Source of the DNA: a virus
Virus record (IMG/VR): IMGVR_UViG_3300045988_159113
Reading direction: 5' to 3' (one strand)
Length of the DNA stretch: 64,000 nucleotides
In this document: positions 10,801-18,102 of the stretch, piece after piece
Layout of the letters: every line of letters begins with the position of its first letter
How positions within the stretch are numbered: the stretch's first letter is position 1
The notes under the pieces: generated by a model
What the model saw: the letters and a program-made list of their open reading frames with translations, nothing else
What the model was told of the DNA's origin: nothing
The model's database searches: none
Translations under genes and position numbers: made by a program

Positions 10801-12437
10801 CGCTCTTTGAATGCCATGGTGATCTCGCTACCGTTTGCGCCATCCTCAACGGGAACATCAGCGAACTCAATGCGCTTGATGTCATTGGTGCTAACCTCCC
10901 ACTCAAACAATTATGTTATCTTTATGTTGCCATAAAGTTCAGACTATATCATTTGCTATATTTAAATATAAAGTCGCCATGTTCTTTAATGCCTTTTAAA
11001 ATTCTAGAAGCAGATGCAGAATTCAAATTATATTTTTCTTTCATTACTTTTACACTATCTAAGATTTCTATAAGATTGCCACACTTATCATACACTTCTA
11101 TTTTTCTCATATGTGAATGTTTGTTTGGCATTTCCGAAATCTTTTCTAGAGATAAATAATAATCTTTATACCATCCGCAGTTGTCATTTATTGCAGCATT
11201 AATTTTTTTAAATGAATGCAATTTTATAGCATTCATTATTTCCTTACCAACAAATTCTCCTATAAATCCTGATCCAAATTTATATAAAAATATATGTGCA
11301 TTTTTAATTTGTGCTCTATTTTTAGGTATAAATTCATCGTACAAAGAATCAGAAACAAACATGTTTTTAATTTTTGTTTGGTTTCTTATTGCATTACTAA
11401 TAGATTGAGAAGTACATTTCAAATAATTTGCACATTCTTTTCTGGAACAAAAATAAGAAACTAGTTTACCGCTTGAATTATATAAATATGTAATTTTATA
11501 TATTTTTTGTGTAAACTTTTTAATATCTATTGTTTCTTCTCTACTCCATAAAGAATTTAAAAATATGGTTTTGTCTGTTATTGCCCAATTAAATCTGGAA
11601 TATTCAAACCCATAAAAATCACATGCATCTAATGTACTATCCCATTTTTTTAACAATTCACCATTCAAATCAAACTGATATAAAATTTTTGAATGCACTT
11701 TTGGACTTATACATTCTAGAGATCCCCCAATTCCACCAATAGCAATGTTGTATGTATAATCTTGTTTAATAAAATTAAAATCAACTATTTTGCGCTCTTT
11801 ATCAAAAGCTTCATTTTTATTGTCGTATATATATAATACAGAACGAATAAAAGATTTAGTTCCATATTTTTTTACAGCATATTGAAATGGTGTTTTTGGA
11901 TACATATAACTTGATGGCTTGTTTACATAAACACCACAACCGATATATCCATCAAAGATTTCTGGGTTTTCTGTTTTGTGTACTCCAACATAAATTCTAT
12001 TTATACCATTAATTTTGGATTTTATGTTTGTTGTTAAGTAAACTATATATTTCATAGCAATTCAGTTTTTCGACTATTTTTTTTAGTCTACGGCTTTCGC
12101 CTAGTCGTTGAACACTCCAGCCATCGCTGGCATGCTGCTGATTGTCCTTTTAGGATTTTCCAGCAATTTAAAGAATTTATTCATGTCGTATCACTACGAC
12201 CGTGTACTTAATTATTAAATACATTGAGTTGATGCTCTGATACTTATTCCCAGACTTGTTATCCTAGTAGAAAATGTTTCTCAGAGACTCGGTGAGGTAG
12301 GCTGCGGTGCAGTCCTCATACATACGGCTCACTACGCCGAAGAGCTCCGGCTTTGTACCAAGAATCTTGCTAAAAGACTCATAGGTTCTTGTACTGCCCA
12401 TTTCAGGGTTCAGATTTTTAAAAGTTGCAACTTGCAT
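4813..12437 (-). CDS. Putative major capsid protein gene split into about 12 exons by 11 group I introns
   Basis: ATG at 12437 (MQVATFKNLNPEMG...), just downstream of an acidic scaffold-like gene. Exon pieces such as FEWEVSTNDIK, NISKMRNYITTH, IIPQVERFASKY, GNERFWHSVQAELFDFLAHF, NTNDEKGYALCLD and YIQNEILGVGGKTG are separated by blocks carrying group I P/Q/R/S elements. Summed exons give about 480 aa. The capsid identity is by position only. Confidence 0.6.
4831..5755 (-). mobile_element. Group I intron 11 with a GIY-YIG/NUMOD3 homing-endonuclease ORF (different intron subtype); 5' boundary approximate
   Basis: R is CTAACGACTAA and S is GATATAGTCTGA. P9 is CTATAG-tgtgag-CTATAG. The 3' end ..ACAAATTG|ATC GCA GCT TTA TCT TGA gives a 5-codon last exon. 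The ORF sits near the 5' side of the intron. Confidence 0.6.
5061..5726 (-). CDS. GIY-YIG homing endonuclease with NUMOD3-like repeats
   Basis: Intact 221-aa ORF with N-terminus YTYMIYNTETNRYYIGV. Repeated HTEETKxKIS / SEETKIKIG motifs. It ends in TGA and contains no TAG. Confidence 0.8.
   Translation of the reverse strand: MNHYTYMIYNTETNRYYIGVRSCKCDICNDSYMGSSSIWTKSYIETNRYKLQKIIIKTFRTRKDANDYEVHLLKICEFDDFCINRYFGYTPDCSGTKQNKEWISKRKRFGVENGMFGKHHTEETKNILSQKLRGHYVSEETKIKIGLYHKNKIVSDATRSKISNLRKIARLIIDTETNKKYIMPINDFAKQNPNLNINANSMRKAYQDGYMYKKRYIIKKI
5876..7211 (-). mobile_element. Group I intron 10 with a GIY-YIG homing-endonuclease ORF
   Basis: P1 GGAGAU.G/AGTCTCC places the 5' splice site after ..GGC GGA GAT. 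P, Q, R (inside the ORF start) and S are present. P9 is TTACTG-ATAA-CAGTAA. The 3' end reads ..ATTTTTG|TACATC. The junction is ..FTLKGGD|YIQNEIL.. Confidence 0.75.
5927..7066 (-). CDS. GIY-YIG homing endonuclease
   Basis: Intact 379-aa ORF containing KKFIVYLTVNTQNNKIYIGVHKT. It has repeated YQFDLNGEF / VFRYDLNGNF modules, ends in TAA and contains no TAG. Confidence 0.8.
   Translation of the reverse strand: MKPMNNVQRLAFKSIDFYQKIKMENDIKKFIVYLTVNTQNNKIYIGVHKTNPNIFDYYYGNGIYSNMPSTYRKPKTNFGNAIKKYGFGKFKRYTIGIYDTEEEALLVEQLLVDNKFINRNDTYNQTTGGIHSLKFEIPIYQFDLNGEFIAKYKSVKIASESVGANTSSALISAYKTKTSYLNFLWSTDPEINLADFKITTFCKTVYKFDRYCNLINVFSSLSQAALDADVSSEQIKNAIYKQTAINKFYYSYNERISLHVDLQRIVFRYDLNGNFIDSDCIENFCERFSLTPLRLHKVASSGLCIRNFQWNFENPLKMHDITSRVGKGAKRKVGQYTKEGELVKVFESVKSCRKEFTNVGRCLSGKVDMAKGFVFKYIE
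7316..7512 (-). mobile_element. Group I intron 9 (no ORF, covarying P/Q)
   Basis: P1 is GGTU.G TAA-ttc-TTAGACC. P2 is GCAGC-GTGA-GCTGC. P AAATCCAGGAAAG covaries with Q AATCTGGAGC. The junction ..TAT GGT T|CT AAC ACA is in frame. Confidence 0.7.
7713..7900 (-). mobile_element. Group I intron 8 (no ORF)
   Basis: P1 TCTCAAG/CTTGGAG has a U.G pair. P2 is GGAGT-GAAA-GCTCC. P/Q/R/S are present. The junction ..GTA TTT AT|A TTT GGT restores the frame of ORF 7487-7672. Confidence 0.7.
8032..8235 (-). mobile_element. Group I intron 7 (no ORF, variant P/Q)
   Basis: A P1 U.G pair follows ..GAG GGT. P2 is ATTTA-GTGA-TAAAT. P AAATCGGTGAAC covaries with Q ATACCGAGC. R is GTAACGACTAG and S is GATATAGTCTAA. 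The 3' end reads ..ATTTTTG|ATTATT. Confidence 0.65.
8254..9522 (-). mobile_element. Group I intron 6 with a GIY-YIG homing-endonuclease ORF
   Basis: P1 GACC-U.G...GGGTC places the 5' splice site after ..AGA CCT. Elements seen: P TTTAATTGCTGGAAA, Q CAACCAGCAGC, R GTTCAACGACTGA, S GGTATAGTCTGA. The 3' end reads ..CAGTTTG|ATTTAT. Confidence 0.7.
8297..9361 (-). CDS. GIY-YIG homing endonuclease
   Basis: Intact 354-aa ORF with N-terminus KFIVFETINLDNGKIYVGIHKV. It has repeated DNA-binding modules, ends in TAA and contains no TAG. Confidence 0.8.
   Translation of the reverse strand: MKFIVFETINLDNGKIYVGIHKVNDPEVFDGYLGDGVDIHLPESYNKSKTQLQSAVQRHGINAFKRITLKEFNNINDATDFYMLIVNEDFIKRTDNYNSIASPSICSRQRVNAFTFSGGHVGKWDSVDEAADDLHVSKEHVIICINTRTNCKDVYLSFDESIDVDLYSNMPRGAIAQYNRDGILINTYRDIPSAAAQLDIPKDAIARAVSMRSTCSGYRFMRVSEDIRKVLGKKSAIELTTTVPVYRYTLKGEFDAAFDSIKEAAKGTPNISTGKIIRAIKMNRACRGYKWSYDKMDKWIATNAPVARKVEQYDLKGNLVKLYSSTKELTEEQIRILRKPMVNDPYILKYKKMS
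9568..9729 (-). mobile_element. Group I intron 5 (no ORF, about 162 nt); boundaries tentative
   Basis: P/Q/R/S elements are present and P6 is GAAATCAAAAG-tttt-CTTTTGATTC. The P1 candidate CGTGGA..TCCACG has two possible registers. The phase-0 junction gives ..SATWMD|ANGKPTIF.. Confidence 0.55.
9769..9965 (-). mobile_element. Group I intron 4 (no ORF); 5' boundary approximate
   Basis: P/Q/R/S elements are present. P9 AATATG-GCAA-CATATT is followed by G|AATTATTGC. Confidence 0.65.
10173..10376 (-). mobile_element. Group I intron 3 (no ORF); 5' boundary approximate
   Basis: P/Q/R/S elements are present (TCTAATTGCTGGGA, AATCAGCAGC, GTTCAACGACTA, GATATAGTCTGA). P9 is TTATAG-GAAA-CTATAA. The 3' end reads ..CACATTG|AATATC. 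Confidence 0.65.
10407..10595 (-). mobile_element. Group I intron 2 (no ORF); 5' boundary approximate
   Basis: Elements seen: P TCTAATTGCTGGAAG, Q AATCAGCAGC, R GTTCAACGATTA, S GATATAATCTGA. P9 AATATG-GAAA-CATATT is followed by G|ATTAAC. Confidence 0.65.
10908..12218 (-). mobile_element. Group I intron 1 with a GIY-YIG homing-endonuclease ORF
   Basis: P1 hairpin TGTAT|TTAAT-aat-ATTAAGTACA has a U.G pair at the splice site. Elements seen: P TAAATTGCTGGAAA, Q AATCAGCAGC, R GTTCAACGACTA, S GATATAGTCTGA, and P9 TTTATG-GCAA-CATAAA. Omega-G precedes TTTGAG. Both junctions are in phase 0 (..SINSMY|FEWEV..). Confidence 0.8.
10949..12055 (-). CDS. GIY-YIG homing endonuclease with repeated NUMOD/IENR-like DNA-binding modules
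   Basis: Intact 368-aa ORF. N-terminus KYIVYLTTN...RIYVGVHKT. Repeated YxFDLNGELxxxW/F modules. It lies between intron elements R and S, ends in TGA and contains no TAG. Confidence 0.8.
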   Translation of the reverse strand: MKYIVYLTTNIKSKINGINRIYVGVHKTENPEIFDGYIGCGVYVNKPSSYMYPKTPFQYAVKKYGTKSFIRSVLYIYDNKNEAFDKERKIVDFNFIKQDYTYNIAIGGIGGSLECISPKVHSKILYQFDLNGELLKKWDSTLDACDFYGFEYSRFNWAITDKTIFLNSLWSREETIDIKKFTQKIYKITYLYNSSGKLVSYFCSRKECANYLKCTSQSISNAIRNQTKIKNMFVSDSLYDEFIPKNRAQIKNAHIFLYKFGSGFIGEFVGKEIMNAIKLHSFKKINAAINDNCGWYKDYYLSLEKISEMPNKHSHMRKIEVYDKCGNLIEILDSVKVMKEKYNLNSASASRILKGIKEHGDFIFKYSK

Positions 12438-12474
12438 AATTTTACTGATCAAAAAGGTTATCGCACCTTATCGA

Positions 12475-13542
12475 TCATACATCTAAATCGTCGATCGACA
12501 AGGCTTTGTCTGTATTCTTTGCCTTGGGCTTGACCACGACTTTGCTTTCAGTTGACTTTTTAGTTCCCTTTGATATCCCCTGCTCATACCCAGCTCTGTG
12601 GGCCTGTGCAATTTGCGACTTGTAATAATCACTGATGCTATTGATGACATCCTCGCCACGAAGAGCGAACCATGCCATACGAACCAATGTGTCTGGATCA
12701 TTCAATGCTTTTGACATATAATTGACTCCTGCTTGGTCGTGTCCAGTGATAAATGTGTACAACTCGTTCATATCGTCTTCGGACATTGCGACGTCCAAAT
12801 CTCCGATACTTGTAAAATCTTGAATTGAATTGGCGATACCACCAGCGAACTGTCTATACATCTCCTGTTGCTGTTGGGCCTCCAAAGCTGCATCTTGGCG
12901 ATTACGGTCATCTTCAAGTTTCTTGTACTCATCCCTGATTCCTGCGATCTCTTTCGCGAAAAGATCAGGATCGGATGTTGCCCTATCTAAGGCAGTCGCG
13001 AGTTCGTCTTCCGTGATGTCCTTGACACGCGCCTGCATATCCAACACGTAGAGTTCCTCATCAGTCAGATCGTCTACTGTATAGTGCGGCTGCTGTGATT
13101 GCATGATCTTATCAGTAGCAGCACGCGCTCCTTGATTATGCAACATTGCTGCATACTCTGCGGGGCTCATACCAGAAAGGCGTAATCTGTTTATCAAATC
13201 GATCTCATCATCATCAAGATCATCTTCATCGCGTTCTGTCTCACGAGGTCCATCTTTAAGGATTGCGAACTGCTCCTCACGGCTCAGATCGTTCCAGTCT
13301 ACCTCCTCAATCTCACCATCATCATTTGCGATCTTAATCTTGCTGGGATCATCAATTCCCTTGCTCTTCAGGACATCTGTAATAACGTCCCCATCATCTG
13401 AACCTTCGCCATTATCTGGGTCTGGTTCACTTGTCCAACCAGGTGGAGTGGTCTGTTCTCCTCCGTTCTGCTGGTTATCTTCTCCTCCGTTGTCAAGATC
13501 ACTGAGATCGACAACGTCCAAATCGTCAATTGTTGCTGCCAT
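12475..13542 (-). CDS. Scaffolding-like acidic coiled-coil protein
   Basis: Intact 355-aa ORF that is very D/E-rich. The IDDLDV motif occurs at both termini. It lies directly upstream of the putative capsid gene and ends in TGA. Confidence 0.6.
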   Translation of the reverse strand: MAATIDDLDVVDLSDLDNGGEDNQQNGGEQTTPPGWTSEPDPDNGEGSDDGDVITDVLKSKGIDDPSKIKIANDDGEIEEVDWNDLSREEQFAILKDGPRETERDEDDLDDDEIDLINRLRLSGMSPAEYAAMLHNQGARAATDKIMQSQQPHYTVDDLTDEELYVLDMQARVKDITEDELATALDRATSDPDLFAKEIAGIRDEYKKLEDDRNRQDAALEAQQQQEMYRQFAGGIANSIQDFTSIGDLDVAMSEDDMNELYTFITGHDQAGVNYMSKALNDPDTLVRMAWFALRGEDVINSISDYYKSQIAQAHRAGYEQGISKGTKKSTESKVVVKPKAKNTDKALSIDDLDV

Positions 13543-13582
13543 AGTATTTTATCATTTAATCATTAATCCATCAAACAAAAAA

Positions 13583-13612
13583 GGCCCCTCGGAATAGAAT
13601 CCGAAAGGCCCC
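13583..13612. terminator. Bidirectional-looking intrinsic terminator
   Basis: GGCCCCTCGGA-atagaa-TCCGAAAGGCCCC is flanked by an A-run and a T-run. Confidence 0.55.
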
Positions 13613-13785
13613 AAAAAATATATATAAAATGAAAACAAGAATCCTGTCTCACCCGTTCTTTATAATACATTAATCTATTATACCCGCTACGTCGCCGACG
13701 GTACACCTACCTTCTACATTCGAACGAGTTTTACATATTGCCTTTTCATTATTCTGTCGCAATTATACTATTTTTTTTATTTGTT

Positions 13786-14193
13786 TTACATCATCTCCTC
13801 CCAATCAATAGGAACGCCCTTTTTCACGGTGTCTATATAGAATCTGCTGAATGGCATCCCGTCATATGCATCCTCATCATCTATATAGTCCTTGATATAC
13901 CTAGCAAGCTATATGTCATTTTGTATTGATGACCCATAAAAATCTGAATAGGCCATGTTGGCGACGTAGACATAATCATATAACTTGTTGTGTTCAAGGG
14001 TTATATTCGCATTTTGGAGGTAGTTGTCGACGCTTGACTTATCCAGCGGGTTGATGGTAGAGCCTCCCTTCTACATCATCTATACGGCAAACTCGCACAT
14101 CTTGCGCGTGAAATGCCAACCATAGTATGAAAGGTACCTCTTCATTCCCGCCGGACGGTCATCATATTGGTCAAGAGTCATATCTTGAATCAT
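13786..14193 (-). CDS. Hypothetical late protein (about 135 aa)
   Basis: Read by eye: MIQDMTLDQYDDRPAGMKRY...VPIDWEEMM, ending in TAA, with 3 in-frame TAGs. The frame stays open upstream of the ATG and overlaps the preceding ORF. Confidence 0.5.
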
Positions 14194-14335
14194 AACGGGA
14201 GCGTCTTCTTGTTGGCTGATATTCCTCTCTCTCATCTTCGAGCATCTCTTTCACAGCCTTTGCCTTCTTCTCTATGCACGATACGAACTCCATGAGTCTC
14301 TCGTAGTTGTCGCTTGTGTACTCCATGATTATCAT
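14171..14335 (-). CDS. Small hypothetical protein (54 aa)
   Basis: MIIMEYTSDNYERLMEFVSCIEKKAKAVKEMLEDEREEYQ..., ending in TGA. It may be the N-terminal part of 13786-14193 if a frameshift or an assembly indel is present. Confidence 0.35.
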   Translation of the reverse strand: MIIMEYTSDNYERLMEFVSCIEKKAKAVKEMLEDEREEYQPTRRRSRYDSRYDS

Positions 14336-14812
14336 TTTATTTTGTAGTTATCAAAGTCAGTATTTTATCAATCTTTCCAGCTACACCATCGAACCGTTCT
14401 TCGAGACTCGTGAGCCTTTCATCTCTCTCTTTATCTCTCGCGAACTATGGGTTCAGAGTTTTCAGTATCTCCTCACACTATCCGATGTTGTTTTTATATC
14501 TATCAATATTTTCCAATGCTTGTTTTGAGTTATGAAGTATAGCTTCCACGTCTTGCTACAGTCCCTGCTTTGTTTCGCTTATGACAATATTGCCGTTGCC
14601 ATATGAGACAATAGTATTTGAGAACGGGATGCTATTGTAGTCGATAGTGTTTCCGTCTACATTAACCCTAAGATCCAAGCATTGCTAATTTGGCATACCT
14701 CCTATCATGGGCTTTGGCGCGCTTGTATAGATTACCTCTCCTGTTTTCAGGCGTACGCCGTCGGTCTTGTCTAATATATACACAACCCCGCCCTGTCTTA
14801 AAGATCCAAACA
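14336..14812 (-). CDS. Hypothetical late protein (about 158 aa)
   Basis: Its ATG overlaps the upstream TAA (TAATG). The sequence runs MFGSLRQGGVVYILDKTDG...KIDKILTLITTK with 4 in-frame TAGs. Coordinates are accurate to +/-1 nt. Confidence 0.55.
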
Positions 14813-15130
14813 TTACACAAACAAGATTATCCGGTTCGTTGTTTTATTAAAAGACAACAGATGAGTACCAGCTGCAAGAGTGGTAAGTGCTGCGTCTGCA
14901 TTATTAGTAAGATGCAGGGTTTGGTTGTTAACCTATAACTCAACACCTGTAACAGTTGTTGCTGAAGATGTCGGGATATTCACAACTATAAGCCCAGCCT
15001 AGCCAAGGAATCTGAACACATGATTTGGCAATGTGTAGATAGCATTGGTGCTAACCGATCCTGCATCCGATAGGGTCGCTGCAACATAAGGAATCCCTCC
15101 CCTGTTACCAATATATCCAGTTACTGCCAT
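14812..15130 (-). CDS. Hypothetical late protein (about 105 aa)
   Basis: The ATG lies 2 nt after the upstream TGA. The sequence starts MAVTGYIGNRGGIPYVAATLSD... and extends track ORF 14999-15244 through 2 TAGs to a TAA. Confidence 0.5.
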
Positions 15131-15131
15131 A

Positions 15132-16055
15132 TCAAGTCCAGAATGTAGTGGTTCCGTTGTTGTAATACTGAGAAGCTGGAACAGCCACCAGATTTGGATA
15201 TTGCACAGTAGTTGTGCTTGGCTGGTTCTGCTTGATTTCTGCAAGTTCTTTCTACAACGGTGCTATCATAGCTGCCATTGCCTGGTTCTGCTGCTCTTGG
15301 CTTATCTAGCTCTGGAGCCGTGTCTTTGTCTCCTGTAACTCATTGATGCGATCCTGTAAAGCTGAGTTCTGCATCTGGTCAAGCTTTGCAAGAATAGCGT
15401 TTGTGTTTACAGTTGCTGTATCTTTGATACTCTGAACAGAACTTGAGATATTGTTGTTTATTGCGCAAGTCTGAGCTTGTGTCTCGTAAGCATTAGCGCT
15501 GAATCCCTGATCCATTCCTGTCCTTAATGTTCCAATCTGGTTGCTGAGAGCATTGACAGAGTTAATGGTTGCTATCTGATTCTGATAGTTGCCGTTTGTG
15601 ATAGCCTCGCGTACATTGCAGCAGCATTGGCTCATCTGCTAAGCGATAGACATATTGCCCTACTGTACACTGTTGATAACTTGCTGACCAGTCATTCCAA
15701 CCTGGCTACCTACCTGTGTTATAGCATTCTATACCTGGTTAACTGCTGTCTGGATACTGTTGACGTCACAGTTCAGAGTAGTTGCCAGCTAACCTATGGA
15801 GTTTGCGTTTCCGTGAATGGCGCTCATCAAGAGATCACGCTCTGCTGTGCTTGCTATTGTCTCGGTTATATTGCCACGATTGTTTCCAAACCATCCATTC
15901 CCACCTATACCATAAAGGAAGAAAAGGAAGATAACCCAAATCCAATTTCCGCCACCGAAACCATTTCCGTTGCCCATCATCGACAATAAGAGATTGGGAT
16001 CTACCTGGCTGCCACTCCCGGCATCAGGTAACATATAAACTTTGCTGTCTGACAT
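15132..16055 (-). CDS. Gly-rich transmembrane plus Gln-rich coiled-coil protein (307 aa)
   Basis: ORFs 15789-16055 and 15306-15635 are in frame and joined by TAGs (6 in total) sitting in Q-rich context. The sequence contains GNGNGFGGGNWIWVIFLFFLYGIGGNGWFGNN and ends in TGA at 15132. Confidence 0.7.
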
Positions 16056-16149
16056 AATTGTTAAATTTTAAAAAGTTATACCTCGTCGCGACTATACAAT
16101 GATAAGACCGGAAACTTCCAAAAGCACAACGATGCCAGAAAAAACAAAT

Positions 16150-16174
16150 GGGACCGCATGAATAATGCGATCCC
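16150..16174 (-). terminator. Intrinsic terminator after the glycosyltransferase operon
   Basis: On the minus strand, GGGATCGCAT-tattc-ATGCGGTCCC is followed by ATTTGTTTTTT. Confidence 0.55.
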
Positions 16175-16179
16175 ATCGT

Positions 16180-17187
16180 TTAATTCGTTGCCAAAATATC
16201 TTTTGACTTTTCCAGGACTACGATATCCTGGAATTTATCTATATCCTATATGTCTGATGTGTAGGCTTTCTTTGGTATAAATACATCATTTTTTGATATA
16301 TCATACGGTCCAATTGATACGATCTTTTGACCATCGCCAAAAAAATTGTTCAATTTGTATGTATTCCAAGGGTGCAAAATCAAAACACCGATCCGAGCAT
16401 AAGATATAGACAGTGCAGTTTTCAGGAAATCCTGACAATTATAAAAAACAGGAATATCGTATTCTTTTAGTATCTCCTGTGTTCCGTCTGTGCTATTATC
16501 ACATACTATAACATGCTGATCTTTTAGGGAATCCAAACACTACCTGATAGTGCCTTTGTTGTTCTGTGTATAAAGCAAAACCTCGGTGTTATGTCCCCAT
16601 GTAAAATCCGCGTGATGTTCTGTGTACCCGTTGGGGTTTCTTTCATGATTATATAATAAGAACTGACCATAAGGTAGAATATCTAGACCTGTTGCGCAAT
16701 ACTTCTTGAGGTTTGTGATTATGAACTAATTTGTCATGTCTCTTGGAATCTTTCCGTCTCGAATGATTGGATGATGATTGTAATAATCCAAAACAAGCAA
16801 TGGAAAAAGATGTCCTTTTTTAAATCCCATGATAGCAGTTCCTATACATTCTGCGTTTCCAGCTATAAACTCACGCTCCAAAAGTTCTGATCTATCAAGT
16901 AAGTCATCGAGTGGCCTAAAACATTCAACATCAGTGTCGCAATAAATGCCACCATAATCTCGAAGAATTACAAAACGATAGTAGTCACTAAGATATGCGT
17001 AGTTTTTCATCAGCAAAGCATCCTATACGAATTGAGGCCCTGCTGAAAAATCAAAATCTTTGTCTGTCCATATTTTAATTTTAAAGGAAGGATTGAACCT
17101 TTTAAAAGACTCAATCCTCTCTTTTTGTATATCATCAAGTGGTTTTGTACCAAAATGAATGAAATGAATTTTTTTCTCAATTCCCAT
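16180..17187 (-). CDS. Two-domain glycosyltransferase (GT32-like DXD domain plus GT2-like segment)
   Basis: The ATG at 17187 overlaps the upstream gene. The N-terminus reads IHFIHFGTKPL. YLSDYYRFVILRDYGGIYCDTDVE is a Gly_transf_sug-type DXD motif. CLDSLKDQHVIVCDNSTDGTQEILKEY is GT2-like. ORFs 16726-17016 and 16246-16536 are in frame, 3 TAGs in total, TAA at 16180. Confidence 0.7.
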
Positions 17188-18100
17188 ATGCGTGGTCGCC
17201 GTTTCCTGACATGTCGTTTAGTCCAACGATGTCATCAATATCTCTATCATACAAGAATAAACGCCAGCCATTAAAGTTTATTAAAAAGTTCGTCTCTGTA
17301 AGAAGGAATGAATCCTTATGAATATAAAGATCGCCACGTGGTGCAAGACTTGTCATTTTTCCTTTAAATGGTATATACATACCTTTTGGAATAAATAACA
17401 TAGTCAGCTTTGAACCTCCAAACAAATCATCTGGGAAATGATTCAAAGGGAACAATAGCAGAAAGCGATGATCTCCTTTCCATGATTGGATGTCCTTATG
17501 TATAGAACTGTAAAACATCGAGTTTTTGTTTGGCGTCATCTGACTACCATCTTGTGTTTTATATCTGATGACATCATAGTTTGCACTGCTCATAAGAATA
17601 GGATTTCCTACGCTATCTTTATAAAACAGAGAAATACCCCAATTGTCGCTAACGCTATCAGGATGGTGTATTTCCTTTATCTTTTGAATAAATGGAACAT
17701 ATGCCTTTCGTGATGTACTAAGCATTACGCGCACAGATGTCTTTTTTGTTGGGTTGATCGTCACCATTATATATTTCATGTCAGCAGTTTTCTTGAAATC
17801 TGTCCATGATGCCAACGTTGCGCTTAATGACTTAACAAGCTAAGATGAGGAATTTAAAATAGAGCACGACTGCGGCTTGTCTCCATAATCCTTAAAACAT
17901 GCGAAAGAATACGTCTTGCCATTTTCAAGGTCAGAAATATCAGCTGTAAATGTTGCAGTGCTATACGTTCCTTTGTAGCAGTGAATCTCGCTTCCTCCTA
18001 CGACACTTGAATTTCCTGTTTTTGTTTTAAAGAAAATGAGATTGTCAGTGTTCTATCTTATCCAAATCTTGCTAAAAATTTGTTTTTCTTCTACTGCCAT
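17177..18100 (-). CDS. Hypothetical protein within the glycosyltransferase cluster (307 aa)
   Basis: The ATG at 18100 (MAVEEKQIFSKIW) is in frame with ORF 17177-17815 through 2 TAGs. Confidence 0.65.
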
Positions 18101-18102
18101 AA

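Noticed and set aside
4800-12300. The regularly recurring ~12-14 nt repeats (tcagactatatc, tagtcgttgaac, gctgctgatt, ttccagcaatta) could be a CRISPR array or MITE cluster
   Set aside because: The four boxes always occur in the same order. They match the group I P/Q/R/S core on the minus strand, covary pairwise, and flank in-frame exon pieces. Spacing is irregular and some units contain homing-endonuclease ORFs.
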